A stretch of 63,543 nucleotides of DNA, filler included, from Craspedostauros australis (GCA_030167865.1; 16 parts of 16 records of this genome joined end to end with filler, not necessarily neighbours in it); one strand, 5' to 3'. Positions 44,915 to 58,516 are shown, counted from the first letter of the whole stretch. The notes: generated by a model from the letters alone, not told the origin. A program made the numbers and translations.

Positions 44915-47900
44915 TGCTGCTGGCTGTGGCGTGGAGGGCAGTAGAGTCCTCTCTCTCGTGGGAGTCTCTGTGTGTGTGTCGTGGAGTGGGTGTAAATTGG
45001 ATTGGTTGGTTGGCGTTTGCAGATTGTGGAATTTATGAGAGGATGAGGCTGCGATGAGACTGCCAAGAGGGAGTGCTTTGTCTCTTTGATGCGACAACAC
45101 ATCAGGGGGTGACAATACGTCGTAGTAATGGAGCAGCAAACCAGTTCGCGTGGAGTGGTGTGCTGTTCGTGCTCCTTGGGGGAGAATTGTGTTTCCACGT
45201 TGTGATGTTTGAATCAGCGCGGTGCGCGAGCAGCCTCTTCGTCGATGCTGATGGACGCAGCCTAACAATGCGCAGGGTGTTCGTGGCGTTCGTTTTGTTG
45301 CCCGCGCGGGCTCTTTTGCTGAGGAAAAACACTTCCACATCGTCAGCAACCTCTGGAGAACTGACACAAAGCACGCAAGAGGGTGTTTGGAAGAAAGAAA
45401 CAATGGTGGTCGGCGAGGACGTCAGCGGAGTGAGCACCTTCAACCACGTGGCGACCTGTTTGCGCAGCGGAGTTCCTCTCTCCGTTTAGGCAGAAGTACG
45501 AGTACACTTTGATTACTGATGGGTGTGTTGGGCGCAATTTCGTGAGCCCCAGCGGTTGGGATAGTGTCATCCCAGGACTTTTATCGGTTGTTGGTACCGA
45601 ATGGCATTGGGACCAAGCAAAAAGGTTAGATCTTATTCCTTCTCCATTTCCGATAACGAAGTTGGTCGGATTTTGAAGCCCGACATCACAGTTTCCGTCC
45701 TCCTCACAAGTTCATCCTTGGAGTGTCACCCAACATTTATTCTCCCGCACAACATCACGGCTCCGGGCTCATGGGGCAAGCTCCCGACTAAACGCCAGCC
45801 TTCATGCGTAAAGACGAACCAAGGCGAAAGCATCACGCATGACGGTTCCAAAGCGTGCAGACGTGAGAAACATCAATGAAGACACAAAAGTACGAGCAGG
45901 TATTGCATCTGCTGCACTCTCCTCATATGCATCATTCCATGGCATACTAACTCAACGAGGTTTCTTCGGATACGATGCAGCCCATGAGATCCCGCATCGA
46001 AGGCAACAATCGTATTATATGTACGAGCCTCGTGTCTGACGATGGACTGTTTGGGCCTTTTGGCAATGTCGCTGCGGAGTTGGTGCTACATACTCTATCA
46101 TACTTTGCGTCTTCCAAACCCAGAAAAGGAATCGCAGACGGCACGCACAGTCACCATTGATCAAGGGAAACCGCTTTTGCCGAGGTGTACTTATGTTCGT
46201 GATCCGTGTTGTTGAGAAAGAGTGCGACTGCTCTCTTGGGAAGTTGCGCTGACGAACTGCCCAAGGGTCATCAATCACAGATTCATTCGTTGATTCATTC
46301 ATAATAGGTCCAAAGCGTCAAAACCAATCTTCCCGCCTTTTCATCGGAATCGGACCCCAACGAGATCAGGTCTGGATCCTTGCACATTCTTGGATCACCA
46401 TGAGGGAGAGCACATAGCGTGGATGAGAGCGACTTGTTTGCATGTTTCGTGCGATGTCCTTGACGCACCGTAGGCGCAAGGCGGAATACTGTTCGGACGA
46501 GCTCTGGAGAGCAGAGGTGGCATGGAGGATGAGATTGAGTGGAGCAGAGTACTGATCAACCCTCTCGTTGGCGAGTCGAATCTTGTCAAGAACAGCGACT
46601 CCGCATTGCGACCATGCACACTGCTCTGCTCTCTCTGCCTGCATCTCCATCTCTTCGGAGATAATGGAGGTAGAAATGGAACGGTAGTGGTATACGCAAC
46701 GGCACACTCTTCAGCGTCGATTCTGCCGCCAACGTTCGCAGAAGCTGGGTGTCACAGCATCGAATAGAATACAATTTACTCTTGCGTGGACCTGCATGCA
46801 CCTTCTTGTTGAGGAAGGTTGAGTGGTGTGCTCCACGAGGACATCACTTCGAAGACGTTCCGACAGGGCACAAGTGCTCCAGATTTGTCTTCTTCCCTGG
46901 ACACGGCAGGACCACAGCTCGCACTCCACCAATCGGCCATTTGTACTCTTAGTAGTACACGTACTCTGGCAGCACAATCGTGAAATACACATCCCTGCCT
47001 GCTCACATTTTTGACTGGTACCTGCGACAGCAAAACAATGATGGTTGGCGTATGGCACGCACATACCACCAACATACTCGTGGTCATCGTCTGGGCTCAT
47101 GATTACGATCACAAGAGCTTCACTTGGCGCGACAAGACCTCATCACGTCAGGAACCCGATGCGGAGTGGCCGATGTCTGATGTCTGATGTCTGATGCCTG
47201 ATGCCTGGAGCGAAATACTCACACTGTGGATACTCGTGCTCTTGTGTACGTGCGAGTACAAGATCAAAGATCGTGCGAGTGTGGCGTTGGCATCTCGGAC
47301 AGTCACGCCAAACAAGACAAGATACCATGCACAGATGTCATCAAACCATCCTGTCTCTCGGATGTACATGGAGTAGTACAAAGGATTGAGCAGAATTGGG
47401 TGCTCTGTGATATCCTACTCTACTCCTAATTGTACGAGCACAGAAGACTTTAACTTGATAGACGCTCTGCAAGGATGGGCGTCTTTCATCACTTCACGAG
47501 CATGAAGGCCTCTTATTGGTACACATACCTCGTATGAAAGGTGAAGGTCATGATTGTTGCAACAATCAATCAACCCACCAACCGAAAATGGATACGAAGA
47601 CCGCATGAGTACAGATGCCAGATCGGCGAGGAGCGTAGAGTCCGACCAACGCGTGCGAGGAGAGGTAGTCCTGGAAGTAGAGTGCCCTCCTCTACTCTAC
47701 TCTCCTCTACACTTCCTAATAACACATCGAACGCTCCAACTACACTCATCTTGGTAGTATTCGAATGAGTCATGTGGTATTCGTGTACCACAGGACGAAT
47801 ACTGATGCAGTCACGAGACTCTTCGTGTGTGATGAATCGTAATGTTATGATATCCGCAATTGCCGCAACTCCCATGTGGGATCGCTTTCTCGTCTCACAG

Positions 47901-48159
47901 ACTGACTNNNNATTCAGATATATTGATTCCTCAATTCCACACCATCTTGTTGACACCTTGCAATTCAGATATATTGGTTCATCCAATAGATCTGAATAAG
48001 AGGTCCTCAATTGCACAGCTTCAGAATTATGGCAGTACTGGTCATCGTGGACCTGAACGNNNNNNNNNNNNNNNNNNNNNNNNNNNNNNNNNNNNNNNNN
48101 NNNTTAATTAATTAANNNNNNNNNNNNNNNNNNNNNNNNNNNNNNNNNNNNNNNNNNNN

Positions 48160-48453
48160 GTAGCGGTCGAGGTTGTCACCCTTGTGGGCGAGGGAGGTGC
48201 ACTTGTGGCTGGTTGGGTGGGATTCGACGTAGAGGTCGCGGTCAACTGGTGGGAGACCGACGAGGGAACCCTGTCCTCCCTCAACCATGTTGAGCCAGAC
48301 GAGGGCCGTGATCATGATGACGACGGCGACCACTGGGTGGACCTCGGACGAGACCTTGGTCTGCTCATTGAAGATGAGTCCGCAGACGATGGTGATCGAG
48401 AAGATGAGGAGTCCGGTGGAGTACACCGACTTGATGAGCTGAATGGGATCCAT
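48160..48453 (-). CDS. SIT: Silicon transporter, N-terminal fragment, 3'-truncated by the contig end
   Basis: YSTGLLIFSI.IV.GLIF..QTK...VHP...WL.MVEGGQGSLVGL.PV...LY..SHP..HK.....HKGDNLDRY, which contains the first conserved EGXQ motif. Confidence 0.95.
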
Positions 48454-49108
48454 CTTGCTTGTTGTTGTTTGTTGCTTTTGCTCTGATTGTCGCTTCTTGT
48501 TGCTGTGATGCGTTGCAGAACTCGCAATGGTTGAAATTGTGAGTGATGCAAAGTCAGGTTCGATGAATGCCGTAAAGGCAGGCGCTGTTGTGTTAACTTG
48601 TACGTGATGGTGATGATGATGGTGATGTTTGTTCTCACAATTTCGTTTGTTTCGTGTTGGGCTTCGTTTGGTGGTTGTTGACGTTTGTGCGCAAAAAATG
48701 AGCGAAAATCAGTCCGTGAAAGCTGGAAAGGCGCGATGGAGTTGTGTGACAAAGTCGCGACAAGTTCGCATTTTCATTCATTTGTATTCAGCTCTGAATT
48801 TAATTAATTAACAGCCAATGATGGAGGCATTGGCGAGTACAGGCAATCCAAACATAACGTTTTGCAACGTCAATTTATTCGTGAATCATTGCTTGAAAGC
48901 CGAGTCTTGGATCAATTCTTCGCACGGTCACATTTTGTTCCGGCGAGTGGTAACGACGCAAATCTGATGCCATTTGAAGCATGTACGTGCATGTATTGGT
49001 ACCGAACCGCAACATGCTTCCACTCAAGGACAGTGCACAGTGCTCGTGGTTGTGCTTCGACACGTCTGTACTCCGCTCTATTCGCTTGCTCGTGTTTTAT
49101 CTGGTGTT

Positions 49109-52100
49109 TTATTCTTCCTTCGTTTTGAAGTCTGCACTTTGCATGCTCGCTCGTTTGGTCAGGGTCTCGGAACTCCTGTGGCCAGTGTCTTTCACCATCT
49201 GCGAGAAGTCTCCCCCTTTCTCGATGAGGTTGATTGGTGTGTCGAACTCGACGATGTGCCCGCTGTTGAGTACGATGATCTTGTCGTACTCGATTACGGT
49301 ATCCAGACGATGAGCAACGGCGATGATTGTGGAATCCTTGAAGTTCGCTGAGATGGCTTCTTGAAGCAGCAGGTCTGTTTCATTGTCGACGTTGGCCGAC
49401 GGCTCATCAAGCACGAGTATTTTCGTTTTCCTCAGAATTGCTCTCGCGAGACAGAGGAGCTGCCGTTGGCCGACAGAGAAATTCGAACCGTTCTCCGCGA
49501 CGGTGGCCTGAAGTCCACCGGGGAGGTTCGCCACTGCGTCCCACATCTGTGCATCGGTAAGGGCAGACTTGATGGCATCGTCATCAAATTGATTGAATGG
49601 GTCGATGTTCTCTCGCACGGTGGAGCCGGAAAACAGCACTGGGCTCTGTGGGATAACGGAGATGTTGTGTCGGAGCTTGTTCAATCCCAACGTCGCAATG
49701 TCCACGCCATCAATTAGCATCTGTCCTTCGTCTGGTTCCAAGATCCGCACGAGGGTTTGGATCAGGCTCGACTTGCCGCTGCCCGTCCTGCCCACGCATC
49801 CAATTCGCTCTCCGCCAGAAATGTCGAAGGAGATATTTTGCAACGCCGGTGGCAGATCATCTCTGTATCTAACCTTGAGATTCTGGCATTTCAGACCACC
49901 GCTGGAAGGCCAGTCAGGGTGCAGCTTGTCGGCTTCTGTTTCCACTGGTGCCTCAGATGGCAGCTGTGTGTACCCAGCCACACGTTCGACGCTGATCATC
50001 TGATTAACGATTTCAGCGCTCTTCGTGGGAAAATGAGTGAAGATGAAGCCAAAATGGAACAGAGGGGTGTACGTACGTAAGAGAAGAAAGATGATGCCAA
50101 GTTTGGACGCGTGGTGAGATTGTGGTTGTGATTGTGGATACGGTTGTGAGGTGTGATGGGAACATTGCAGCTGGGAGTACCGCAACGCAGAGTAGTGCAC
50201 GAGTACCCTAGTGCAGAGCAGAACGCTCTGTGCCGCATCGTTGATGCGGAAAGCAGTTGCTATGGACGTGGGCGTCACCATACGAGTAGACCAAGCACAT
50301 TCGTACCTGCCGAACTGTCCATTGGAACAGACCTGCCAACATGATGAGCAAGCTCAAGGCCAGCCCCACCAAGGCTGGATCAATCTCGAACCATCCAAAA
50401 TCGTGAAAGACGACAGCGAGGAAGGAGGAGACGATGAGCAGGATGACAACAAGTCCGTCCATGCGAAATCCGAGCCATCGGGAGCTTGCAATGAAGATGA
50501 AGAATGCTCGAGAGTGAGAGTCATGAATTCGGCGGAATTTCTCCTTGTAAAACTCCACAGCCGCGTTTGATCGGATGGTTGAGATACCGCTAAGGGATTC
50601 GGAGAGCATGGCAAAGATAGGCGATCGCGCAACGGCTTCGAGACGCTTCAGTTCACGGCTGGATGTGATGAAGACGTGCCGGATTTTGATGAACGACCAT
50701 GTCAGGAATGGAATCGCGATCAATGTGAATGGTAGTACAGATGCTGCTGTGATCACGGCGCCAACAACCTGTAGATTTGATAGAGATGGATGGAAACGAG
50801 TTGGTGGTGCCAGGGTGTGAGAATAAATGAGGTGTGTAACGTCTCGCACAGGAGGAGCACAAAGCAAGCCGTCATAAGTTCTTGCGAGTGAAACATAATC
50901 ATACGTACCATGAAGACGCAGGCAACGAAATCGTAGAGAGTGTGCGGCAAGGCGTCATCGTTGGAACCAACATCTGCGCTGAATCGGTTGAGGATTCTGC
51001 CAATCGGGTTGGTGTCGAAGAATTCAATCTTCGAACGCAGTACGACCTGTGTCATGGAATCATGCAGCCGCTGAGATGCTTTAACTGCAAAATGGAACAC
51101 TGCCAGGGCACGTGTAATGGAAAGTAGAAGTACGATCACTGTTAGGCCAGTGACGATACCAATGACATCCGAATCCGTCTGGCCGATGATTGAAGATTTG
51201 GATTGGATTCCATCAGGAGTGGATGAATGAAGCAAGGTGTGGGGGCATGGGTGGTTGGGAAGATGGAAGAAGGGAGAGTAACAATCGCATAGTACAGTGT
51301 TAGCTGGGAAGATAGACGTCCAGGATGCACGTTACGTAGACGCCGACACACGCAAGCACAGTCCTCGATAGCGGAGCATGTTTTTTGCCACGACCGCACG
51401 TAAATGGATGCATGATTGACAATTCCACATTCCGCGCATCTTGCTCCTGCTCTTGTAACACCAGTCGACCAACCAATCGAATCTCACCTGTTTGTCTTCA
51501 GATCTCTCGCCCCATTTTCCAATCTCGGCAATGCACACAAGCATTGCGGCTTGCGATGAGCAGTAGAGGAAGAGCAAAAAGGACGACACATGCAGTCCAC
51601 CCATGGCTTTGGCATAATACGTCCAGGTGCCCCAGCCAACTTTTCCGGCTTGCTTTGCTTCCTTTTGTTGATTTCCATTGCCGTCATCTGCGCCACTTCT
51701 GGGCTGCTCATCTTTTGCGGGTTTTGGCTTCGCATCCACGCCAACGCCTGCGTCGTCGTCAGTCTGTGTTCTGCTGCTGCTGCTGCTGCTGCTGTCTGCT
51801 CCTTGCGTGGATGGATTCCCCGATTGTTTTTGTGCATCAACTGCAGTATTGTTGTCTTGGTGTAAATCGAACGCATCCAGATCCATGTGCTCGGCGCATT
51901 CCTGGTAGGTTCCGCGAAAAGCAATGCGGCCTCCCTCCATGACCAAGCACACGTGCTCCGTCAGATACTGATGCTGATGCGTTGCCAGAATGACGCACTT
52001 CCCTTTGTCGACGCCAAGCCGCTCGAGAGCTTCATGAAAGATCAGGTTTCCGACTCTGGCATCCACCGCCGAAAGGGGGTCATCCACTACCAGGATATCG

Positions 52101-52753
52101 GCGTCCTTGTACAGTGCACGAGCGAGGCCAATCCGAGCCCGTTGGCCACCGCTGCACTGGACGCCACGATCTCCTACGATGGTGCTATCCCCGTCTTGGA
52201 ATTGACGAAAATCAACGTCCAGACCGCAGGCCTTAACAACTTCGTTGTACCAACTTGAATTGAAGCGGAGGCCAAATAGAATATTTTCGCGCACAGTTCC
52301 GTCCATGATGAATGGATCTTGCGGGGCATACGCCAGGGTCTGTGTCCCCCGTGCCACGATTCCATGAGTTGGTAACAGCTCGCCGCAGATGACTTGGATG
52401 AGAGCAGATTTGCCGCTGCCAACAGGGCCGATGATGCAGTACATGGCGCCTGGTTTGCAGTTCATGTCGATGTTTGCGACTGCCGCCGCCGTCTTGTCCG
52501 TTGTATCGCCAGCATCCTGTGCGACGCCAGCTTTCGTTGAAGCTCCGCCCTTGTCACCATCCATCGGTCTTTCCAACTCAGGTAGAGTTGATTTGCTGGT
52601 TTCTCCCGATGAGTTCCAGTGGCAAGTTACATCGAGCAATTGAAGGAAGTAGTCGTTCGTGTCCAATGTGCTCGATGCCTTGTTCTGATCGATTTCTTCG
52701 GTTTCAAGGAACTTCTGGATGCGCTCAATGGACACCTTCACTTCAGAGTTGGC
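49109..52753 (-). CDS. ABCC/MRP-family ABC transporter, 3' portion; exons 52753-51488, 51178-50909, 50768-50307, 50020-49109
   Basis: NBD1 (GPVGSGKS, CSGGQRARIGLARALY, VVDDPLSAVD), TMD2 (FFDTNPIGRILNRFS, SSRELKRLE..RSPIF, MISVERV) and NBD2 (VGRTGSGKS, NFSVGQRQLLCLARA, LVLDE). GT-AG introns restore the frame. The 5' part is lost at the contig end. Confidence 0.93.
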
Positions 52754-53178
52754 CTGCGTGCGAGGATGGTGCGAGTAGCATGTACGATGGGTGAGGACGC
52801 AGGACAAGCGCAAGGATACATGGTTGAAAGATTGAAAGAACAAGGGATTGTGCGTGTTTGCGTTGGCGTGGTTGTGCAGATGAAGATGGCAAGGAGTGAG
52901 ATGCGTCGCGGTATGGATTTGGGTGTGATGACACGAGTGCGAGTACAACTGGAGATGAAGATGGTGATGATCGTCCGTCTCGTTGTCGTTTGCATGCCAA
53001 AGAGTACGCAAACGCGCAACATTCAGATACATGAACGTACCATGATCCCGAATGCAAAGAATTTGGTCATCGTGAGCTNNNNNNNNNNNNNNNNNNNNNN
53101 NNNNNNNNNNNNNNNNNNNNNNTTAATTAATTAANNNNNNNNNNNNNNNNNNNNNNNNNNNNNNNNNNNNNNNNNNNN

Positions 53179-55481
53179 GGTTCACCCAGCAATTGGTCTC
53201 GTCGTGGTTGAAGTTGATCTTGCAACTGAGGTAGTCTTCGAGATCTTCCTCCACCTTGATACTGAATCACTTTGCCTTGATATCCCCCACGAGGTCCTTC
53301 AGCTCCTGTTCATCCCCGATGCACAGGCAGTCGTCGACGTAGGTTCCGATCAGTAGCATTCTCCCTTCCTGATTCCGAATCATGAGGCATGGATCCACCT
53401 TGCTCTGTCTGAATCCCATGTCGATCAGGATGTCGACCAGCTTCTTGTTCCATTGCCTGGCGCTCTGCACGAGTCCATAGATTGTCTTCTGGAGCAGCAA
53501 GCATTCGTCGGCCTCATGCCTCATGCCTTTCGGGCATTGCATGTAGATCTCCTCTTCGAGATCCCCATGCAAAAACGCGGTCTCGAAGTCGATGATGATG
53601 CAGTCCATTCGAAGAAGCATCTTCATGGTTAGCATCACTCGGTAGGTAGCGTCGTGGATCACCGGTGCATGATGCGCTGAGAAGTCGACTCCTGCAATCT
53701 GGGAATACCCACATGCAACTAATCGGGCGCGGAATACGCCGTTCCTCTTCTCCTTGAACACCCACTTGGTCTTCACGCATCGTCGGTCGTCTGGCATCTC
53801 GCTCTTCTTGATCTTCTGCCATACTCCTCTTCTGGCCATGTCAGTGAATTCCTTGTTGATGGCTCCACGCCACTTCTCTCTCTTTTCGGGATCAGCATGA
53901 TCCCAGCACTCCTCGAACGTCGTTGGATCCAACATCACAGCCGTGTTGGCTTGTTCGGACCATTCACCATTCCGTTCGTTCTCAACATCTTGACTCGCAG
54001 CGATGAAGTCGATAAGTCTCATCCTCCCTTGGGTAGTATCGATCATCATGCCAGCGACGTCCCTGTTGAACATCGACCCATCTGTGTGGAAGCTGGGCCC
54101 TCCAGTAGCCGCGGGGACTATCATCGTCTCCTGCGCAGTGTCGTAGCCATCCTCATCCCNTGATGCTGATGCTTNGCCTGCCTCCGATTCCGAANCCGAT
54201 TCTGATTCTCGTTCCCTCTCCTCTTGGGGAATCGGTGAGTTGTTATAGCCAGCCAGGCTACTCACCATTCTCGGTACGCGCGCCAATGGTCTCATGGGAG
54301 TGCGTGCATCCGATTGCTCAGTAGCCAAATCGATCTGCCCCGCACGGTTGTTGTCCCTTCCGGATTCATCGTCCTTATCGTTGATCGATGGTTCTTCCCC
54401 TTGGGTAGGTAGCAAATCATCTTGCTCATGAGCGGTGTCGTCTGTGTCTCTTGTTGTGTGTCCGGCTCTTCCGCTCCTCTCTGCAACGCCGATCTTCGCA
54501 CTCCTTGCGATGTTCGAGCTTCGCCCCCAAGTCACTCTCTTTCTCTGGAANGCATCTCCAGTGTCAGAGTCGTCGTCTTCCAGATCATGTATNATCGATC
54601 TGTTGGCATTCTCAACACCCTTGAACTGCCCATACGACTGGTTCATCCATGTCACGTCTCGTGTGATTAGGATTCTTGCCGTTGCGAGGTTCATCATTCG
54701 GTATACACCGCTCGCGTGTGACTGTCCGTATCCGACGAACATGGCAGGTTTGGACCGATCGTCCAGTTTCGCCTTGATCACTCGGCCTCCGATGAACACC
54801 ATGCCAATCTCGCCGAACAAACGCAGTCCGTCCACGTATGTGGGNGTCTGCCCATTGAATAGTACGCAAGCCGGTTCTCTCGACTTCGTTCCAATGATGT
54901 TCTCGAGTTGCGTTGCTGTTCTTGCTGCTTCAGCCCATAGCTTCCCTCGTAGGTGCTTTGGTAGGTGGGTCTGGTTGAGCATCGCCCTGACCTTTCCGTA
55001 TAGCACAGCGAACTTTCGTTCCACCCGACCATTCTGCTGTGGAGTTGAAGCTGCCGTGTATTCGAATGTCGGGCCGAATCCCACCTTGAGTAGTTGCGCC
55101 TCTGCGCTGTAGTTCTCGCCTGCGTTGTCACATCTGATATTCTTGACAGTCACGTTCTGATTCGCCTTGAGCCATCTCAAGAGCGACATCATCTTCGATC
55201 CCACTTCNNNNNNNNNNNNNNNNNNNNNNNNNNNNNNNNNNNNNNNNNNGTCGTCAATGATCAGGAGCCAGAATTTTCCGCGACCAAAACTGTACGTCTG
55301 GACACTGGAGGTATCCATGAACAGCCGTTCGCCAACCCTGCTCGCCTTCGCCTGAGACATTTTCGACAAACATTTTTGTCGAGATTTGCCGATAGCGCAG
55401 TCCTCACATGGATTCATTCGTCCTATGACATTCCATCCGTATCGCGCAGCAGTGCGCGAGATAGTGTAAGTGTCAACGTGG
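53179..55481 (-). mobile_element. Ty1/copia retrotransposon pol fragment (integrase and RT)
   Basis: Zn-finger CEDC, IRCDNAGEN, PQQNGRVERKF, KLDDRSKPAMFVGY, TKWVFKEKRNGVFRARLVACGYSQIAGVDF, DFETAFLHG, IYGLVQSARQW and YVDD. Premature TGA at 53267-53269. Confidence 0.95.
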
Positions 55482-55583
55482 NNNNNNNNNNNNNNNNNNN
55501 NNNNNNNNNNNNNNNNNNNNNNNNNTTAATTAATTAANNNNNNNNNNNNNNNNNNNNNNNNNNNNNNNNNNNNNNNNNNNNCT

Positions 55584-57403
55584 GGGGGTGGCGAGAAAAT
55601 CACCCCCTCGCTCGATGGAAGTGATTTCCATTCGTGCTGCACGAATGGAAATCATTTCCATCGAGAGAGTGTCATTTCCATCGGGAGAGTCCCGGCAAAA
55701 GTATCACTTCCACGCGGAGATATACATTCATCCAATCAGAGAACTGATATTGATGTCTACAAACGCATTATTCTCTAGTCGATTTCTTGCTTCGAAAACA
55801 ATCTAGTACTAGTATTGTCGTAGCTCACAACAGATTTGACAAACATATCCATGCTATCATCAAATTAGAGGATAACATCAGCCATTACAATATTACTTTG
55901 CCAAAATCTCCATTTATTGTCCGCCAAAGACTTCCAGGTCTAAAATGTCTAGATTCTAATCAAAGTGGAATCTGATGTGTGACTAGATGGACTACTTTCA
56001 GTCCTTCCAAGAACCAGAAATTCTTGAGAACTCTTGTTGGCACCATGTCGCATGTGACATGGCGCCTGGGGGCCTCTCGATGGAAATCGCAACAATGCGA
56101 AACCTCTCTATTAGAGAATTCTCGCAAGCAGCCACTTCCCGATTTCAAGCACCCACGAAGACAGAGATGTGACACCGGTTTGGTTTGCTCCGAAATCACA
56201 AAAAGTTGTTCGGAGGAATCAAATTCGGAGCGTTTCGTGAACAAAAAGGTACTCAAATCGCTCCCCGGGGGCACTATTTAAGTCCTTGTAAGTCTACCCC
56301 CCGATCGCGTTGAGTCTACTAGCCTCCGTTGCGTTTGCCACTGTTGAACAATCTTCAATGAATTTGTCGTTTCATTTATGTGGCTATCACTCTCTGTTGT
56401 TGAATTCCATGCTTCGTTGCTTTTGCATCTGCGTTCTTAGAGGCTTGTCATTCTCTGCCAAGGTGTCCTCGTCCGGTGAGAAGTTCGAAAGTTCTCGTCA
56501 CAAACCCAAGCACTCTCTCCACTCTTAACCATATCCAGCATGAGCAAGAAGACTTGTGATAACGTTTATGAGCAAATTGCTTGCAAACGTGCCAGACTTG
56601 CGCTCATCAACGCAGCAACCAGCCTAATTGACATGCGTGAGCAGTCTACATCTGGACAGAAGAGCGCAGTCTACAACGAAAGAAATTTATGATTGGTCAG
56701 TTCTGAAATTGCTACACGTGGAAGACCTTTTCGCGGGACACAACGAAATCGGGAAGAAATGATTATCCCGGTTTCAAGAGCCCATTTGAAACCAGATTCC
56801 GATTTCGTTTTTTGGGGCGACCCCACAAGAAATGTCTCTATCTGGTTATGATTCCTCCGTGGGACTCCGAAATCGGGCTGCGAGAATTCTCTAATAATAG
56901 AGAGGTTTCGCATTGTTTCGATTTCCACTCAGAGGCCCCCAGACGACGTGTCACATACGACATGGTGCCAACAAGAGTTCTCAATAATTGCTGGTTCTTG
57001 GAAGGACTGAAATTAGTCCATCTAGTCACACATCGCATTCCACTTTGATTAGAATCTAGACATTATAGACCTGGAAGTCTTTGGCGGACGATCAGTGGAG
57101 ATTTTGGCAATATAATATTACAATGGTTAAGGCTATACTCTAATTGGAGTACATTATGGAAATGTTTATTGAGTCTGTTGTGAGCAACGATAATACTAGT
57201 ACTAGCATGATTTCGAAGCAAGAACTCTACTAGAAGACAATTCTTTTGTAGACATCGATAGAAGTTTTATGATTGGATAATCACAAATCACCGCGTGGAA
57301 ATGACACTTTTGCCGGGACTCTCTGAGTGGAAATGATTTCCATTTCTGCTGCAGAAGTGGAAATCATTTCCACTCAGCGAGGGGGTGATTTCTCGCCACC
57401 CCC
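55584..57403. mobile_element. Fold-back element with long inverted repeats (arms 55584-56126 and 56879-57403), non-autonomous DNA-transposon-like
   Basis: The left arm starts GGGGGTGGCGAGAAAATCACCCCCTCGCT and the right arm ends AGCGAGGGGGTGATTTCTCGCCACCCCC. The arms are colinear over about 530 bp. No transposase ORF was found in the roughly 750-bp spacer. Confidence 0.8.
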
Positions 57404-58447
57404 GGAAAAATGTCTCTATCAGGTTATGACTCCCCTGTGGGACTGGGTGAGTGGAATGCGAAACCTCTCTAATAGGGAGTTATCGCATGTAATTTGAAGG
57501 GTCCCGGCAAATACGAACTCCACGTGGAAGTAAAGTGAATTGACAATTTCTTATCCAATCATAAGCGTCCGTTGTTGTCTGTTCGCATCTTCATTGTCCT
57601 TGAATTTGCCTTGTTTCTTTCTTGGACCAACGTGGATGTGAACGGTTCGAGTCGGCCATGTGTATTAGCGCACGCTAAATCTCTAACAATAGCGACACCC
57701 GTCGACCAATCAGAAATCTCCACTTTTCTCACCTTTTCCGTTCCGAACGGAAATTTTGGTCGAAAATCCGTTGTGTCAGATTTGTGTCGCATTTCGCGTC
57801 GCAAGAATCGTTTTCCCTCAATCACAGATCCAAAAATGNCGNGGAAATTGATTTCTTGCCAAGATGAGCCAATCTGCCCAATCAGGACAGACTTGGATCT
57901 TGGGTGTGACACGTGCGAATCTTGCCATGACCTTCTCAAGTGAATACGATCANNNNNNNNNNNNNNNNNNNNNNNNNNNNNNNNNNNNNNNNNNNNTTAA
58001 TTAATTAANNNNNNNNNNNNNNNNNNNNNNNNNNNNNNNNNNNNNNNNNNNNGTCCCGAGTCAGTCCCGGAGCTAGTCTGTCCCAACTATGGAGGAGAGA
58101 AAGGAGGAGAACAGATTTGGTGGTCGATCAAGTTGGAAGATTTTGTGCCAAAACAAGAATTTCTCCCATCGGGGTTGATACCATGTTCAGTAATAGTCTG
58201 TCTCTCATTGAATCTCAACTGTGTGTGTATTTTCGCGCATGTGCTGGCATGGCTTTGATGACACCCACAGACTTGATCAGTGCTTTGACCAACATGCTCG
58301 GCAACCAACCCTCCCATGAAGTCGAGTTCCGTGTTTCCAAAAGGGCATGCTGTGAATATCAGCACAAATCTGCATTGTGCTAAGTATGTTACTTCCATAG
58401 CCCCCATTATCTATAAATTTCACTTGTGTTCGTTTCAGCAATCACAA

Positions 58448-58516
58448 TGCCTGTAGCTCAATGGTAGAGTACCAGTAATTCTTGCTGAGGTTCCAGGTTC
58501 AAATCTTGGCATGGTA
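58448..58516 (+). pseudogene. Degenerate tRNA or tRNA-derived SINE head
   Basis: A-box TAGCTCAATGGTAGAG and T-arm CCAGG-TTCAAAT-CTTGG (B-box). The acceptor stem is imperfect and the anticodon loop non-canonical. A T-rich tract follows. Confidence 0.55.

Noticed and set aside
47171..47207. (GATGTCT)n microsatellite, plus the (GCGATGTGT)n repeat near 61000 and poly-Q CAG/CAA tracts
   Set aside because: Ordinary simple repeats with no spacer structure.
55979..57038. Pair of similar short ORFs (MTRWTTFSPSKNQ... and VTRWTNFSPSKNQ...)
   Set aside because: They are translations of the inverted-repeat arms and show no protein features.
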